In this document: positions 61,014 through 64,000 of the stretch, piece after piece | How positions within the stretch are numbered: position 1 is the stretch's first letter | Layout: each line of letters opens with the position of its first letter | Origin: a virus | Lineage: Duplodnaviria > Caudoviricetes | IMG/VR virus record: IMGVR_UViG_2802429321_000001 | Coordinates: 1 to 64,000 of that record | Strand: one strand, 5' to 3' | DNA length: 64,000 nt | Notes under the pieces: generated by a model | Databases searched by the model: none | What the model saw: the letters and a program-made list of their open reading frames with translations, nothing else | Told to the model about the DNA's origin: nothing | Program-made: the position numbers and the translations under genes

Positions 61014-62258
61014 TCACGCCGCACACCTCCCCGCGGTCGAGAGCAGTGGCAGCAGGTGTCGTAGGGCGGCCTCGCCTTGCTGGGGGACGACACCGTTCCC
61101 CAGTAGCTTCAACTGATCGTTCCGGGAGACTCCCTCAACGCCAGTGACATGGCCAGCTGGGAGGCCCATCAACCACTCCACGAACCGCGGGCTCAGGACT
61201 CGGTTGGCTCGCCGTCCGGGCTCGGTGGGCTCTGGGGCTGGGCGGCCGAGGACAGACTCCCAGCGGCGGATAGCGGGCTCGTAGGCTCCCCAGTCCAGAA
61301 CACGTCGGTCAGTGTCCAACCGAGGTTGGTGCTGCCCTTCTTCGCGGACCTGCGCGCTGTCGCATTCCGTGTTCCACGACTGTCCGCCACCGTTGGTGTC
61401 GGCAGCAGCTTCTCCCCAGTAGCACTGCCTATCGGTGGGGCAGGCAGTGCAGAAGCCGCCCTCGTCGTACTGCCACTCTGGGTGTCCGCAGCGCTCACAC
61501 TGGTCGGCGTCGGCAGTAGATGTTCCACCTCGTCGGCCAATGTGGGCCCATGCCCACCCGCCTTGCGCTTGTCCAGGTGCTGCGAACCGCCATTCACCGC
61601 CAGTTGCGCAGTTGGTGTTTTGAACAGCTGCACCGCCGAGGGCAGCATCAAGTCCCCCGACGAGCCTCGCTGATTCGGGCCACCCTTCGTCCCGTCCGTC
61701 GCCCGCGGTGTCGGCAGCAGCGACGAACACGCGGTACCGGTTGTGGGGGGCTCCCACTTCGGCAGCTCGTAGGCCACACCAGACCGCGTCATACCCGAGG
61801 GTGGCCAGGTCTCCAAGTACACATCCGAGTGCCCGCAGAGGGACGACGTCGCTGTCTCCCAGACACCACGGGCAGGGTTCCAGGTCGCAATGGGCCTTGG
61901 CACTGAGGATTCCCCTGACGTTCTCAACGACCACCAGGCGTGGCCGTAGTGTGCGGATTGCGGTGGCCATGTGGAGCCACAGCCCGGACCGGGTCCCCTC
62001 GGCGAGGCCAGCGCGGAGGCCGGCGCTGCTGACGTCCTGACAGGGGAAACCGCCAGCGAGGATGTCGACGGGTTCGACCTGGTCCCAGTCGATGGCGGTG
62101 ATGTCGCCGAGGTTGGGAACACCGGGATGGTGGTGTGCGAGGAGCTTGCTGGCGGCGGGGTCGATCTCGGAGTACCAGGCGAGGTCGCCGCCGAGTGCGG
62201 ACCGGACTGCCATGTCGAGGCCGCCGCATCCGGAGAAGAGTGAGCCGACGGTGGTCAT
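61014..62258 (-). CDS. DNA cytosine-5 methyltransferase
   Basis: SLFSGCGG, GGFPCQD, ENV, R.RVF, EWLMGLP, LGNGVVP. Confidence 0.95.
   Translation of the reverse strand: MTTVGSLFSGCGGLDMAVRSALGGDLAWYSEIDPAASKLLAHHHPGVPNLGDITAIDWDQVEPVDILAGGFPCQDVSSAGLRAGLAEGTRSGLWLHMATAIRTLRPRLVVVENVRGILSAKAHCDLEPCPWCLGDSDVVPLRALGCVLGDLATLGYDAVWCGLRAAEVGAPHNRYRVFVAAADTAGDGRDEGWPESARLVGGLDAALGGAAVQNTNCATGGEWRFAAPGQAQGGWAWAHIGRRGGTSTADADQCERCGHPEWQYDEGGFCTACPTDRQCYWGEAAADTNGGGQSWNTECDSAQVREEGQHQPRLDTDRRVLDWGAYEPAIRRWESVLGRPAPEPTEPGRRANRVLSPRFVEWLMGLPAGHVTGVEGVSRNDQLKLLGNGVVPQQGEAALRHLLPLLSTAGRCAA
61193..61903 (-). CDS. Nested alternative-frame ORF inside the MTase (possible second subunit)
   Basis: AGGGGA 7 nt before GTG; 236 codons open; three LLPTP units plus FKTP. 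Confidence 0.65.
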   Translation of the reverse strand: MPRPIATWNPARGVWETATSSLCGHSDVYLETWPPSGMTRSGVAYELPKWEPPTTGTACSSLLPTPRATDGTKGGPNQRGSSGDLMLPSAVQLFKTPTAQLAVNGGSQHLDKRKAGGHGPTLADEVEHLLPTPTSVSAADTQSGSTTRAASALPAPPIGSATGEKLLPTPTVADSRGTRNATARRSAKKGSTNLGWTLTDVFWTGEPTSPLSAAGSLSSAAQPQSPPSPDGEPTES

Positions 62259-62355
62259 GCGAGGACTCCGATCAACGCCGCGGTGTAGAGGAGCGCGGTC
62301 CAGAGTCCGAGGCGCCACAGGGGCATTGGCTGGCGGGGCTGGTGGAGGCGGTGCA

Positions 62356-62853
62356 TCAGGCTGCCTTCCCGTGCTCGGCCTCGGGGCGGATCACGTCGTT
62401 GTGGCAGCGGCAGCCACACACAGGCTTGCGGCGCCACACGGATCGACGGGCGCATGCGCAGTCCTGGCAGGTCACTTCGACTGCGATGCGGATCGAGTGC
62501 CGCATTTCCGCCACTACCTGCCGGCCCCAGAGGGTGACCACGGCGTGGTCGTTGATCAGGCCGTGGCGTTGTAGGCAGGCTCGGGTGGCTGGGTGCAGGT
62601 GGGGCTGGTCGCCGGCGTAGATCGCTTCGAGTGCCCGTCGGGATGGGCGGGAAAGTTTCCACCATGCAGCGGATTCGCGGCTGCCCGCGGTGAGCCAGCT
62701 GGTCATGCTGTCGACGGTTTGTCGGACGGCTTCCGCGGGGTTGTCTTTCATCCACTGCACCCGGAGGCACACGCTGGGTTGAGGGTTGGTGGCGTCTTCG
62801 GGGGCCATGTTTGGGTCAATGGTGACTGGGGTGCCGTCGGGCCAGGTGTCCAT
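62356..62853 (-). CDS. Hypothetical protein
   Basis: Coupled; C-terminal Cys cluster. Confidence 0.5.
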   Translation of the reverse strand: MDTWPDGTPVTIDPNMAPEDATNPQPSVCLRVQWMKDNPAEAVRQTVDSMTSWLTAGSRESAAWWKLSRPSRRALEAIYAGDQPHLHPATRACLQRHGLINDHAVVTLWGRQVVAEMRHSIRIAVEVTCQDCACARRSVWRRKPVCGCRCHNDVIRPEAEHGKAA

Positions 62854-63167
62854 CAGGCTGCGCTCCTCTCTCCGGTCGCGAGGCGGATACCGGTGTCTGT
62901 GGCGGTGGTGATCGTGTAGGGCTGCTGTTCGGCGTCGTAGCCGTCGTAGCTGCGGATCACCCACTGGGTGCCGTCCCACTCGGTGCGGCTGACGATCTGG
63001 TGGCCGCGGTCGGCGCGGAGGATGACGCGGATCCGGGTGAGGCCTCGGCGGTGCTGGTAGATCCATGTGCCTGGGATGCCGGGGAGGGTGATGCGTTGGA
63101 AGCCCGCGGCAACGAGGCGGTGCCCAGCCGCCGCGAGCTCCCGTCTAGCAGGCAGATCCCCGGACAT
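62853..63167 (-). CDS. Hypothetical protein
   Basis: Coupled ORF. Confidence 0.55.
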   Translation of the reverse strand: MSGDLPARRELAAAGHRLVAAGFQRITLPGIPGTWIYQHRRGLTRIRVILRADRGHQIVSRTEWDGTQWVIRSYDGYDAEQQPYTITTATDTGIRLATGERSAA

Positions 63168-63853
63168 CAGTCCGCGTCCTCGGGCGGGTATCCCATCGCG
63201 ATCAGCGTGGCCCGCAGGTCTTCTGCCGTGATCGTGGCCACGTTCCCACGACGACCGTTCGAGGTGCGCTTCCAGTCGATCGTGATACCGGGCAGCGGGT
63301 CACCTTCCGGCCGGTACACGGAGGCGTACAGGCGCAGCCGGATGTTCTCGTAGTCGCCGCGGATGGTGAGCTGCCTGCTGCCGCTTCCGCGCTCCACGTT
63401 GATCGTGTCCACGTTGAGGTGTGTGGCCCAGCGGAGGAGCATCGGCAGGTCACCATCCAGGTCCAGGTCGATGTGGAAGCGGTCGCCGCCTCCCCTGGGA
63501 TGCACACCACTCGCGGCCAGGCTGTGGCTCCGCATGACGGCGATGACGGTGTCGAGGGCCGAGAGCAGGTCTTCGGTCTGCGTGGCGGTGATGGTGCGCA
63601 GTTTGATCGGCGTGGCCGGGACGACGGGGGTGCAGGCGGGGCAGGTGGCGGTCGGTGTCCACGCGGCGGCTTTCGCGTGTAGCTCGACCCGGATCTCCTC
63701 GACCGTCTTCTGGTCACCAGCGCCGTTGCGGTTCCAGGGGTTGACGGTCTGACTGAACGTCTGCCGCCTGGTGATCTTCTTGCCGCATCCGGTGCAAGGG
63801 ACATGCTTGGTTGCTTTGTAGGTGATCTCCGGGAAAGTGATGGTCGACATCAT
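63167..63853 (-). CDS. Hypothetical protein with zinc ribbon
   Basis: CTGCGK...QTVNPWN...CPAC. Confidence 0.65.
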   Translation of the reverse strand: MMSTITFPEITYKATKHVPCTGCGKKITRRQTFSQTVNPWNRNGAGDQKTVEEIRVELHAKAAAWTPTATCPACTPVVPATPIKLRTITATQTEDLLSALDTVIAVMRSHSLAASGVHPRGGGDRFHIDLDLDGDLPMLLRWATHLNVDTINVERGSGSRQLTIRGDYENIRLRLYASVYRPEGDPLPGITIDWKRTSNGRRGNVATITAEDLRATLIAMGYPPEDAD

Positions 63854-64000
63854 GCGTCCTTTCCGTTGAGCGTGTCCGCCAGGTCGGGGTAGTCCTGAGC
63901 TGCTTCGATGACCATGGCGGCGAGGTTGGCGTCGCCTTCCAGGGCTTCGACAGCCACGTACTTGAATGCTGTGGCCAGCCACGTGACGCCTGCGTCCTGC

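Larger units (their letters stand above)
1..64000. mobile_element. Temperate actinophage/prophage (siphovirus, HK97-type head, predicted cos packaging), continuing beyond the right edge
   Basis: Integrase, terminase, portal, protease, capsid, tail, tape measure, lysis, RusA, WhiB and MTase genes in phage order; no host housekeeping genes seen. Confidence 0.97.

Overview
The whole window is one GC-rich actinobacterial temperate siphovirus or prophage, apparently longer than 64 kb because the early region runs off the right edge. Left to right: tyrosine integrase (+); a glycan-modification cluster (two GT2, NDP-sugar epimerase, SAM methyltransferase, secreted GH114); an unusual lysis cassette (holin, papain-like peptidase, split GH25 lysin, PLD enzyme); a complete long-tail and HK97-type head/packaging operon (-); accessory genes (GT4, PIG-L deacetylase, Acb2/Tad1-like hairpin, GH26); and the early region (RusA, WhiB, C5 methyltransferase with a nested alternative-frame ORF). 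The most notable feature is a roughly 8 kb rightward operon (43982-51946) that looks like an intact Streptomyces plasmid/AICE-type dsDNA conjugation module. It encodes a TraB FtsK translocase, TraA-like repeat proteins, Spd-like membrane proteins, a GntR/Kor-like repressor and three stand-alone FtsH-type HExxH peptidases, and carries clt-like repeats downstream of traB. It has no integrase or replicase of its own. This suggests a tailed phage that may also spread by hyphal conjugation. Family names come from motif recognition only; no searches were run. Where an RBS supported it, starts were adjusted from the ORF track.
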